From IMG/VR virus record IMGVR_UViG_3300032269_001075, positions 1 through 42,288 of that record: DNA of 42,288 nt; one strand, given 5' to 3'. The notes below the pieces were generated by a model. The model did not search any database. It was not told the origin of the DNA and saw only the letters and a program-made list of their open reading frames with translations. Below, piece after piece: positions 21,656 through 30,806 of the stretch. Position 1 is the stretch's first letter; each line of letters begins with the position of its first letter. The position numbers and the translations under genes are program-made. Source of the stretch: a virus. Lineage: Duplodnaviria; Caudoviricetes.

Positions 21656-22063
21656 ATGAAAAAATTTATTTTAACCGATGTATCAAAAGAAATCAATGGT
21701 GTAAAATTATATCAAATAAAAGCATTAACTTCTTTTAATAATGTAAAAGCTGGTGATTTGGGTGGTTGAGTAGAAAAAGAAAGTAATTTAAGTCATTATG
21801 GAGATGCTTGAATTTATGGAGATGCTAGAATTTTTGGAAATGATGAAATTTGCTGATTTTCAAAATTTGGCTCATCAAATAGAACAACAACCGCTTTCTT
21901 AAATAAAGAAAAAAATATATTAATAAATTGTGGTTGTTTTTATGGGACTCTTGAAGAGTTTGAAAAAAAGTACAAGAAACTCACGGAGATAACAAGTTCG
22001 GCAGAGAATATAAAGCAATGATTGAACTTATTAAAATTAAATTTGGAAAACAATAATAAATAA
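21656..22063 (+). CDS. Phage protein of the GGWIEKE/AWVYGDA-repeat family; likely -1 frameshift at 21963-21970
   Basis: LYQIKAL...GDLGG[W]VEKESNLSHYGDA[W]IYGDA...CGCFYGTLEEF; the expected tail VQETHGDNKFGREY is in the -1 frame (stop 22056). Confidence 0.75.
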
Positions 22064-22064
22064 T

Positions 22065-22463
22065 ATGAATAGAGAAATAAAATTTAGGGCTTGGGATACA
22101 AGACAAAAGACTATGCTACGAGATGTTTCAACAGGCACAGTTAGAGTATGGTCAGGTGGAGTTGAAGCATTGGCAGAAGATTGCAAGTTTATGCAATACA
22201 CAGGTTTAAAAGATAAAAATGGAAAAGAAATTTATGAAGGAGATATTGTGAAAATTCATAATTACACTAATAAATTTAAAAGAGGTGTTCCTGATTTTGA
22301 TTGGAGAGTATTTGAAGTGGAGTGGAATCAAACAAATTATGCATTTAATAATGCAGTCATTTATTGTCCATTTTCAAGATACAACAGAGAAACACTTGAA
22401 GATTATGATATTGAAATCATCGGCAATATTTATGAAAACCCTGAATTATTAATAATTAAATAA
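22065..22463 (+). CDS. YopX family protein
   Basis: MNREIKFRAWD...MQYTGLKDKNGKEIYEGDIV...EIIGNIYENPELL. Confidence 0.92.
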   Translation: MNREIKFRAWDTRQKTMLRDVSTGTVRVWSGGVEALAEDCKFMQYTGLKDKNGKEIYEGDIVKIHNYTNKFKRGVPDFDWRVFEVEWNQTNYAFNNAVIYCPFSRYNRETLEDYDIEIIGNIYENPELLIIK

Positions 22464-22472
22464 AATAAAACT

Positions 22473-22673
22473 ATGAACACACAAAGACTTGAAGAATGAA
22501 TAAGACAATACAACACGATTGAAAAATCAATAGACGAATGTTTTGTAACTTATGGAGAAGAAAATAGCGAACAAAATACTTTTTCTAAAGAAACAATAAA
22601 AATTTTAGAAAAAAGAAAAGAAGAAATTTTACAAATAATTATAAAAGAAGCAAAAGACGGGAGTTTTAATTAA
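22473..22673 (+). CDS. Hypothetical protein, 66 aa (one TGA)
   Basis: ATG after an A-rich leader, TAA stop. Confidence 0.5.
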
Positions 22674-22778
22674 AATAAATAAAGGTAAAAACTAACTAAA
22701 ACTAAAAATAACTAATTATAACTATCTTTTTTAATTTAACTATATAAATCAAGGAAAAGTTAGTTACAAACTAAAACT

Positions 22779-23327
22779 ATGAAAAAATACAAAGTAATAA
22801 AAGAAATAAAATTATCAAAAGAAAATAATCATATTCTATTAGCAGATAATTATGATGAAACAGAAATGTTAAATTTATTAGAAAAAAATGGCTTCATTGA
22901 AGAAGTAAAAGAGACAAAGAAAAGATGAAGAGCTAAAAAAGGTGAGTATTATTGATATTTAGAATATCATTATAGTAATGCTGTGGGGACTAGTGACGAA
23001 TGAGAATCTGAAATAGACAACATCAGATATCTGACAGGCAATTATTTTAAAACAAAAAAAGAAGCTGAAGAATATAAAAACTATCTCCTAGCAGATACAA
23101 AAATAAAAGACTGAATACTAGAGAATGATGAAGAGGGGCTAGATTGGGAAAATGAGGATGATTATAAATATATAATAATTTATGATTATTACAATGAAAA
23201 TTTAGATTATAATTCTTGATTTAATAGTTTAAAGTTTAGTGACTACTCTGTCTCAAGTGAAGAGTTAGCAAAAAAACTTATCAAAAAATGTAAAGAAGAA
23301 TTGCTAACAGTTTTTAAAATAAAATAA
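22779..23327 (+). CDS. Hypothetical phage protein, 182 aa (5 TGA)
   Basis: KR[W]RAKKGEYY[W]YL...TGNYFKTKKEAE, a common phage motif; missing from the track because of TGA. Confidence 0.75.
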
Positions 23328-23331
23328 AGAT

Positions 23332-23982
23332 ATGACAAACAAAAATATAATAATACTAAAAGGATTACCAAATTCAGGAAAAACTTATTATGCAAATAGG
23401 TTTATACAAGACCACCCTGAATATGTTTCTGTATCTAAACATGAAATAAGGAAAGGGCTTAAGAATTATTTTGCTGACGAAAAGTTGGTTGAAGATATTT
23501 ATCTCCACACAATACAGGTAATATTAGACGCTGGGAACAGTGTTTTGCTTGATGATTATAACCTTGATAATGTAGAAGAAAGATTGAAGTCTTTTGATGC
23601 CACTATCATAACACAATCATTTTTAGATGTGCCTGTAATGGAATGTATTCAAAGAGACCCCACCAAAACTGATGTTATAATAGGGTTATATAAGGAGTAT
23701 TTGTTAAATAAAAAAGAACAAGAAAATGTTGAATTTTTACCAGTGGCTTATATGGACTCAGAAAAAAATACAATTTTTATTGTATCTGGTGGTATGAGTA
23801 AAATAAAACATGAAAAACAGTCTAATGACCAACGCCCTGACTGGCTCTGGAAAGAACAGCTTTTTGAAACAGAAATAAGGGGGAAGTTTTACGTTGACAA
23901 AGTAAATGAATATGGCGACGTAGAAACAGCTGTGATGTGAGATTTAAAAGGTATTGATGTGAGTTATCATTTTAATAAATAA
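23332..23982 (+). CDS. Polynucleotide kinase-like P-loop protein (T4 PseT-like) with a remnant phosphatase domain, 216 aa
   Basis: GLPNSGKT, VLLDDYNL, FLDVPVMECIQRD; C-terminal DQRPDWLWKEQLF and AVM[W]DLKGI resemble the PseT tail. Confidence 0.7.
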
Positions 23983-23986
23983 AAAT

Positions 23987-24217
23987 ATGACAAAAAAAGA
24001 AATACAAAACAAAATAAGAGACGACCTTTCTGTTCTTGATAAAACAAACAAGGAAGAGGTAATAAAGTTTATAAAAAAGCAAATGCCTTATTTAGCATTT
24101 TACTGAGAAACAGTTTATGGTTTTCCTTATGAAATGTTTAAAGAAGAAATTAATACAAAATTTAAATCTAATGGAGAAGTATTGATGTTTATTTTAGATT
24201 TTATGGAAAGAAAATAA
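23987..24217 (+). CDS. Hypothetical protein, 76 aa (one TGA)
   Basis: Open with TGA=Trp; fills the gap. Confidence 0.55.
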
Positions 24218-24232
24218 TACAAAAATAAAAAT

Positions 24233-24496
24233 ATGATAATAAAAGAACTATACAAAGAAGAAGATTTTAAAACAGAAGAAGATTATTTTGATTATCTAAA
24301 AGATGAACTATGGGTCAAAACAGATAAAATTATATATATACACAGTTTATGTAATGAAGAGTGTGAAAAACAGAATGCAGAATATGAGAATAACCCTGTA
24401 TGGTTTTGTAATAAATGTAAGATATATGTATATGCTAAAAATAGTATAATAATTAAAAACTTGTATTATGAAAAAAATAACCCTGGAACAAATTAA
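24233..24496 (+). CDS. Hypothetical protein, possible Zn ribbon
   Basis: HSLC...WFCNKC. Confidence 0.55.
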   Translation: MIIKELYKEEDFKTEEDYFDYLKDELWVKTDKIIYIHSLCNEECEKQNAEYENNPVWFCNKCKIYVYAKNSIIIKNLYYEKNNPGTN

Positions 24497-24619
24497 AAAT
24501 AAGATTTATCACAAAAACAAATTAAAGGCTATACAAAATGCCAAAAAAGTTAAAATTAAAATACCTAAAGTCAATGATAATGCTGATGATGTTCAACATA
24601 AATATGATACAATGAATGA

Positions 24620-24994
24620 ATGAACGAACGAAACTTTTACCCTCAAATAAAAAAGTATTTATCTAACTTTGGCACTTGTGCTTGTGAGGTCAAAATCACA
24701 AAGACAAAAAGATTTAGTTTTAGTGAATTAAAAGAGCATCAAGAGAATGCTCTTTGGTTTTGTAAAAATAGAAGTTTATCTTACAAAATTTCTGACCAAT
24801 CTATGGGCCAGAAGTTGTGTGATTTAATATTTTTTAAAAATAGTGAAGCATATTTATGTGTTATATTTTATGAGTTAAGAAATACCAAGATTCTTTTTAT
24901 AGATATTAATGATTATTTAGAGTTTAAAAAGTCTCACGACATGAAGTCTGCGACTTATAGTGAGTTGAAGCTTATTGCAAAAAAAGAGTTTTAA
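24620..24994 (+). CDS. RecU-like / PD-(D/E)xK Holliday junction resolvase-like nuclease
   Basis: CEVKITKTKRFSFSELKEHQENAL resembles the RecU ExK...HQ motif. Confidence 0.6.
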   Translation: MNERNFYPQIKKYLSNFGTCACEVKITKTKRFSFSELKEHQENALWFCKNRSLSYKISDQSMGQKLCDLIFFKNSEAYLCVIFYELRNTKILFIDINDYLEFKKSHDMKSATYSELKLIAKKEF

Positions 24995-25030
24995 TATTTG
25001 CTACCCCCATATCCACAGTTTTATCCACAT

Positions 25031-25054
25031 AAAAACCCACACCGAAGTGTGGGT
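25031..25054 (-). terminator. Intrinsic terminator with a cUUCGg tetraloop
   Basis: 8-bp stem plus U run on the minus strand, at the junction of convergent operons. Confidence 0.85.
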
Positions 25055-25102
25055 AGCAGTCTATCCCTGCTAGTCAAGATTTATCACCTCCTTTCTGTAG
25101 CC
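25031..25102 (-). ncRNA. Candidate ~72-nt small RNA with an extended Shine-Dalgarno sequence, a hairpin and an intrinsic terminator
   Basis: TGTTATAAT promoter (25117-25109); AGAAAGGAGGTGAT (25096-25083); tagcag/ctgcta stem; ACCCACAC-TTCG-GTGTGGGT-TTTT. Confidence 0.6.
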
Positions 25103-25312
25103 TATGTTATTATAACATAGATTCTTTCTTAATTTCTTCTATGGTCTTTTTAAATCAGTCTTTAATTTTAATTAATATCTTTTCCATTTTTATAATAATT
25201 TTCACATTCAAATTTCATTAACGTGTGCCTTAGCAAGTTCAATTTTTTCTTTATTTTTTATATAATCTTTACAGTTTTTAACCTTAGTTAATTTTATTTT
25301 ATTCATATATTT

Positions 25313-26860
25313 TTATTTTATTATTGTATTACTTGGTAACTCTTTTATTGCTCCTAATTCAGCCTCAAGTATGGCAATTTTATTATTTATTTCTAATTGT
25401 TTAGCTTTTGTGTCTACTGGGTATTTTTTAATCATACTCAGCTCTACATTTAATTTGCTAACCTCAACATTTATTTCCCCTATTCTATCTTTAGCTGTTT
25501 TACTGTGAAGTAACTCCATAAAATTCTCTTCATTTCTTTTAGAGATTTCTGCAGCTTCTTTCGCCGCTCCTATATCGTCAATCTCATTACTATTATGTGA
25601 GATTGATTTTGCGTAATTGTCTAAGTTGTCTGTTGCCATAAAATATCTTGAGTCACTTTCTTCTTCTGACTCTAAACTTTTTGTTTCGTCTATAATATCT
25701 ATTGTAACATATTTCATGATAAGTTCCTTGTGTTCAGGATATAGTCTTCAGTAGTCTTTACCCTCAGAAGCTTTGTGGAATCTTTCACAGATTCTATGTG
25801 CATTTAACTCCTCAAGGGCTGTTTTTGTAGCATCTGTAGGTACTCCAAGTAGCATAGCAGCTCCTTTAGAGGTAATATCTTTATACTGACACATTAATTT
25901 AATTACTCTTCTTCTGTCTCTCGGTATAGAGTCAAAAGACATTTTAAATAATTTTGATTTTATATAATCATTTAAATCCTTTAACTCATATAAAAATAAT
26001 AAAGTATCAGCTAATTTAATTATTTGATTACTGGCTCTCATAGGGACTTCGGGAGAATATATGCTTATAAGCTCACCTCTAAAATTTCTCCTGACTCCTC
26101 CTCTCGCTTTAGTTGTAAAGTCAATCATTCTAATTAATTCTTCTTCTTCTTTTTCTGTTATGTGAGGCATAAGGTTCGCTGGTTTTATTGCTTTTCAATT
26201 TGATTCTATAAACTCTCTAAACATACTTTGAAGCTTCTCTCTTGTGCCTATAATTGAATCTCTGTTTTTAATAGAAGTCTTTGCCATTATAATTCTTACT
26301 TCATCATTTGGGTCTTCCATTTCATAATATAAAGCTCTTCTTCCCAACCCAGCAGTCTCAGAATCATAATGGTATATCTCATCAGTACATGCCATCATTG
26401 CTACGATTTTCCCAGCTCATGATTGAGAGTTCCCATTTCCTGAAAGTTTAGTAAATTTTCCGTCAAATATCTCTCTAAGTTGTGAGTTTATTTGGTCTCT
26501 TGTTTCTTTTGGGGTTGTAATAATAGAGGTAAAATCTTTAAAAATAATCATACCTTTTGTGCCAAGTTTATGAAGTAAAGAATTTTCCACCCCTTTCTTA
26601 TTGGTCATTGATGACAAAAAAGTATTGGCTGTTAAATTTGATATGGTCTCTGTATTCTTTAAGTTGGCTGCCATATTTACTACTTCTGTTTTACCTGCTG
26701 AAGAAGCCCCAATTAAAAATACCCAAATTGCCTCTCCGTCCATTTTCATATTTATACAAAGTGCAGCTAAAAGTTCTATAGGGAAAAAGTCGGTCATGTA
26801 GAAATGTTTTTTATACTCAGCAATTATGTCTTCTATTTTTATACTTTTTTTATTTTCCAT
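25313..26860 (-). CDS. Primase-associated P-loop/AAA+ helicase-like ATPase, 515 aa with TGA=Trp
   Basis: Four in-frame track ORFs joined by TGA at 26417, 26195 and 25748; Walker A GASSAGKT, Walker B-like IIFKDFT, QLREIFDG. Confidence 0.8.
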
Positions 26861-26864
26861 ATAT

Positions 26865-27626
26865 TTATTTGCTTAGTCTTTTAACTGCATTGATAAAGTT
26901 TTCTCCATATAGCTGACCTGCAACATGTATAGCGTCTCCTGACCTGCCACAACCAAAACAGTGTACACTATTTGTTTTTGGGTAATACTTCATTGACCCT
27001 GATTTTTCATTATGTCAAATACACTTAGCAAAAAGCTGGCTGTCAAACTTAATCATTTCTGTTATAGGGTATTGTTTAGCTTTGTAAATATCACTATCAT
27101 CAATAAGGGAATCAGATGGTTTTTTATATGAATAAGTTTTATATAACTTCTTTCAATCTTCTTCTCTCTCTACAGAATCATTAATCATTAATTGTAAAAA
27201 TTCTCTATCGTTATTTTCTCTCTGTTCAATTTGTAACTTTTGTCAATATGTTTTTTCTATGTCTATAAATTCTTTTATTATTTGTTTTGCATGCGGGACA
27301 TTGTATCTTAATAGCTCTCTAGTTATATCTATTTGTTTTTTATGTGAATTGATAAATTCATAATTATTATATGCAAGGTCTGTATTATCACATCTGTAAA
27401 AATCTTTTCCATCTTTGTAATCTTTATAGTGAGCAAATAAAATTATTTTTCTTATTCTGTCAAAAGAAATGTTGTCTCTATTTATTAAAAAAGTTTCTCT
27501 TTCGTCTTGAAACATTGTTATCTTTTCAGTTTCAAGTGACTCGAATTTGTTATTTTTTGTTTTAATATTAAAAATTGGTTTTGATTCTAGCATAATGTTT
27601 ATAATGTTTATCCTTATTGGAAACAT
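26865..27626 (-). CDS. CHC2 zinc-finger (DnaG primase zinc-binding domain-like) protein, about 253 aa
   Basis: C-terminal CI[W]HNEKSGSMKYY...VHCFGCGRSGDAI, reached through TGA codons; no TOPRIM domain recognised. Confidence 0.8.
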
Positions 27627-27632
27627 GAAAAT

Positions 27633-27643
27633 ATTATAGCATA
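27633..27643 (-). promoter_or_regulatory. Extended -10 motif TATGCTATAAT
   Basis: 6 nt upstream of ATG 27626. Confidence 0.6.
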
Positions 27644-27669
27644 GTTTTTTTTGGGACAATAACAAGACT

Positions 27670-27712
27670 TGGGGATAACTAATTTGACTTCGTTTGGGAC
27701 AGGGTATATAAT
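27670..27712 (+). promoter_or_regulatory. Sigma70-type promoter with a DnaA-box-like element
   Basis: TGGGGATAA-N5-TTGACT-N17-TATAAT. Confidence 0.75.
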
Positions 27713-27718
27713 GTATTT

Positions 27719-27850
27719 ATGAAAGAAGAAATTATCAGCGAAACAATATTATTTTTGTTTTTTATAAAAAAACAATCAATCAGAAGTATATCTAGTTTTT
27801 TGAATATGTCAAAATCTTCTGTACATAGAATTATACAAAATAGTAAGTAG
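27719..27850 (+). CDS. Small helix-turn-helix protein, 43 aa
   Basis: QSIRSISSFLNMSKSSVHRII has an HTH pattern; ATG 6 nt after the -10. Confidence 0.65.
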   Translation: MKEEIISETILFLFFIKKQSIRSISSFLNMSKSSVHRIIQNSK

Positions 27851-27985
27851 TATATGGGAACTCCCACCCGTGGATTACTTACTGTGTTGTATGCCAATAC
27901 TGTTAAAAGTTTTTAATTAAATTAGTAAACTTTATTGACCTCACAGTTTAATAAAATTAAAAATAATAAATAAAAAAACAAATAT

Positions 27986-28423
27986 ATGATGAATGAAGAA
28001 GAATTTTTTGGACAAGATACAGAAGTCCAATCTAACTGGTTTAAATTTGAAAAAATCGGTGATAAAGTAAAAGGCACAGTATCACGAATTTTTGAAAAGG
28101 AAGCCACACTTAACCCTAATGGTTCAGTGCTTTATCCAAAACAACTTTGCTTCTCTCTTGAAGATGCTACAGTATATAAAAATGGTGTAGCGACTAAAGA
28201 AGCAGAAATAAATGTCGGAGTTAAATACGAGACATTTTATTCAAGACTTAGAAAAGTTTTGGAGGGCGATATGTTAGGATTTGTTTTTGATAGCGAAATC
28301 CCAGCAAAGACTAAAGGTTTTAGTAATGCTAAAGTTATAGTCCCACACTGGAAACCAGCTCCAGTTATCCCTGGAGGTCTATCATCAGATGCGTTATCGG
28401 CTCCAACTAAAGATGAGTTTTAA
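27986..28423 (+). CDS. Putative single-stranded DNA-binding protein
   Basis: WFKFEKIGDKVKG, beta-rich core, flexible tail ending KDEF; next to the exonuclease. Confidence 0.55.
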   Translation: MMNEEEFFGQDTEVQSNWFKFEKIGDKVKGTVSRIFEKEATLNPNGSVLYPKQLCFSLEDATVYKNGVATKEAEINVGVKYETFYSRLRKVLEGDMLGFVFDSEIPAKTKGFSNAKVIVPHWKPAPVIPGGLSSDALSAPTKDEF

Positions 28424-28431
28424 TTAAATCT

Positions 28432-29343
28432 ATGTCTTATAACCGCACATTTAAAAAGAATAAGGCTGAGAAGATTAAGGGAATCATTAAAGAAAAAGTT
28501 GATGGTAAAATTATTCCTAAACATGATGAGTTTGGTCACCATTATCAGTTTGTAAAGACTGGCAAAATCGTAGATTCAGTTACCACTCAATTAAACTGGC
28601 TAGCTAAACCACATTTAATTATGTGAGCAGTCAAGCTTGGAGTAGAGTGGCTAGAAGTTGGTGATAGGTTTGAAAAACTTAAAAATGTTTCTACAAGGGA
28701 AGATATTATTAAGGGAGCAAAACTTGCACACACTGATGTTAGAGATGACGCAGGAAAGGTTGGTACACAAGCCCATAATGCAATAGAAGAGTATCTCAAA
28801 GAGTGAATTAAAAGCGGTCAAAAACCAAGTGATATAAGACTGTTTTTAAAACACGAAAAAGGAGATACTTTTTTTGGCACATACTTACCTGAGTTAAATA
28901 TAACAATTAGTGATGATACAAGAGCTGTAGCTGGGGCAAGAGCCGCAGAAAAGATAATGTCAGAGATGAACATTGTGCCATTAGCAGCAGAAATACTTGT
29001 GGGAGAAGAAAGTTTGTCCGCAGGGACACTAGACTTTTTATGTTTAAAAGATGATAAAGTAACTATTTTAGATTGAAAGACTAGTAATTCTGTAGATGAA
29101 GTTTCATACCCGATGCAAGTATCAGCGTATAAAAGATTCTTTGAAAAGATGACACGCATAAAAGTTGAGGAGCTTATAATAATGAAACTCTCAAAAGAAA
29201 ATAATTCATTTGAAGAGTATATAGTCCCAAATATGGATAAAGCATTTTTAGGATTTAAATCATTATGTAGTCTCTATAACAACTGATTATCTCTTGCTAA
29301 AGAAGAAAAATTAATTAAAAATAAAAAAGTATTAAAAATATAA
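28432..29343 (+). CDS. PD-(D/E)xK exonuclease (Cas4/RecB-like), 303 aa with TGA=Trp
   Basis: SVTTQL, LIM[W]AVK, GTQAHNAIE, AGTLDFL, LD[W]KTSN, QVSAY; TAA at 29343. Confidence 0.85.
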
Positions 29344-29347
29344 AAAT

Positions 29348-29632
29348 ATGTCTAAAAATAGTAATGCTGGGAAACACCCATCTTATGAAAAAAGAGGCAT
29401 GACACCAGCTCAAATAAAGAATAAAAAAGCTTATGATTCTGAGTATCAAAAGTCTCCAGACAGGGTCAAGTACCGAGAAGAACTTAATGCTAAAAACAGA
29501 GAATTGCAAGCTAAAGGCAAAGGAAAAGTTGGGGATAAAAAAGACGTCTCTCATAAGAAATCATTTAAAAACGGGGGTTCTATTAAAGGCTCAAAATTAG
29601 AATCTCAATCAAAAAATAGAGCAAGAAAATAA
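29348..29632 (+). CDS. Small basic HNH-like protein
   Basis: KDVSHKKSFKNGG...SKNRAR resembles small podoviral HNH proteins. Confidence 0.55.
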   Translation: MSKNSNAGKHPSYEKRGMTPAQIKNKKAYDSEYQKSPDRVKYREELNAKNRELQAKGKGKVGDKKDVSHKKSFKNGGSIKGSKLESQSKNRARK

Positions 29633-29636
29633 AAAT

Positions 29637-29942
29637 ATGAACGATGAATTTAAAGACAAAGTAAAACAATATATATCACTAAAAAGCGATATATCTACAT
29701 TAGAAGCAAAAGCTGATGAGCTTAAAGTTGTCATTGAAGAGATAATGAAAAGTAATAATCTTGATACCCTTGATACTGAACTAGGCAAATTATCAATGGT
29801 AGGCAGAAAGACTTGGTCATACCCACAAGAAATTACAGATTTAGACACCTCTTTGAAAGACAAAAAGAAAGAATCAGAGAGACTAGGGACAGCGACCTAT
29901 ACTGAAAATTTTTCTGTGAGATTCTTTGCAACAAAAGAATAG
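29637..29942 (+). CDS. Hypothetical coiled-coil phage protein
   Basis: 101-aa ORF with TAG stop, just before the terminator. Confidence 0.7.
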   Translation: MNDEFKDKVKQYISLKSDISTLEAKADELKVVIEEIMKSNNLDTLDTELGKLSMVGRKTWSYPQEITDLDTSLKDKKKESERLGTATYTENFSVRFFATKE

Positions 29943-29948
29943 TAACAA

Positions 29949-29990
29949 AAATAAAAATACCACTCATTTATATGGGTGGTATTTTTATTT
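29949..29990. terminator. Bidirectional intrinsic terminator
   Basis: aaataaaaataccactcat-ttat-atgggtggtatttttattt between convergent genes. Confidence 0.85.
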
Positions 29991-30003
29991 AAACAGTATA
30001 TAA

Positions 30004-30456
30004 TTATTGGGTTTTTATATTTTGTTCTAAGGCTGATACTACAGCTTCGCTGTATGCAGATACCATTTCTTCTCTAGTTGATAGAGGAGTTGCTGCATCA
30101 ATATTATTAGCTTCTAAAACTTCTTGCGTAAAGACATCTCCCATTGTAACAGCTGTAGGAGTATTCTCCTGTGTAAGATTTTCTACTATAACTTCTCCTG
30201 CAGTTTTTTTCCCAGTATGTGGAGTAAAGCCTACAGTTTCATCAAGATTAGTAGTTGGGCTTTTAACTCCACCATTACCAATCTTGTCTTTGAAATAAAA
30301 CACTTCTACATCTTCATCAAATTTAGATAATATTTCATTTAAGTGTGAAGAATAATCAACGTTATATTCTTTATAATTTGCACCATTTGAGTTGCCGTCT
30401 TTGTCAATCATCTCAACATCAAAGGCAATTCTAAAATTTGTAATTATAGCTTTCAT
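30004..30456 (-). CDS. Hypothetical acidic protein
   Basis: 150-aa ORF, last gene of the late operon. Confidence 0.7.
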   Translation of the reverse strand: MKAIITNFRIAFDVEMIDKDGNSNGANYKEYNVDYSSHLNEILSKFDEDVEVFYFKDKIGNGGVKSPTTNLDETVGFTPHTGKKTAGEVIVENLTQENTPTAVTMGDVFTQEVLEANNIDAATPLSTREEMVSAYSEAVVSALEQNIKTQ

Positions 30457-30466
30457 ATTATTTTTA

Positions 30467-30763
30467 TTAATTATCAGCAGTTAAATTAACTGACTGATTT
30501 GCAGTTTGACCATCTAAAGTTTGCTCTACATTTGTAGGTTTTACTACTTCAAAATTGTCACCACTGGAAAGTTGATTTGTAATGGCTTTAGAAACTTCTC
30601 CCAGCACTAGACCTATAAAAAGTTTTACTGTTGGGTCAAGCTCTAAAACATTTAAGTGCGATAAAATCGCAGCAATTAAAAATGATAATCCCATCATAGA
30701 AGACCTCCATAAAAAAGACTTTAGACGTTTATCATTTATAAGATATTTTATGAAATTGTTCAT
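30467..30763 (-). CDS. Putative holin, 98 aa
   Basis: Start ATG 30763; two hydrophobic segments (MMGLSFLIAAILS; LFIGLVLGEV); next to the lysin. Confidence 0.55.
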   Translation of the reverse strand: MNNFIKYLINDKRLKSFLWRSSMMGLSFLIAAILSHLNVLELDPTVKLFIGLVLGEVSKAITNQLSSGDNFEVVKPTNVEQTLDGQTANQSVNLTADN

Positions 30764-30806
30764 ATTTTTATCCTTGCCTTTTAATGACATGCGGAGGTCA
30801 TATTGA

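Noticed and set aside
22685-22778. Clustered AACTA repeats as iterons
   Set aside because: Low complexity and irregular spacing in AT-rich DNA.
23987-24217. AFY[W]ETVYGFPYEMF resembling the alanyl-tRNA synthetase YDTYGFP motif
   Set aside because: The match is too short, in a 76-aa ORF, to support a functional call.
25083-25096. ATCACCTCCTTTCT as a 16S rRNA gene fragment
   Set aside because: Only 14 nt match and the flanks are not rRNA-like; treated instead as an SD-like element on the opposite strand.
28432-29343. Cas4-like nuclease as a sign of a CRISPR system
   Set aside because: No repeat-spacer array or other cas genes were seen; such exonucleases are common in phage recombination modules.
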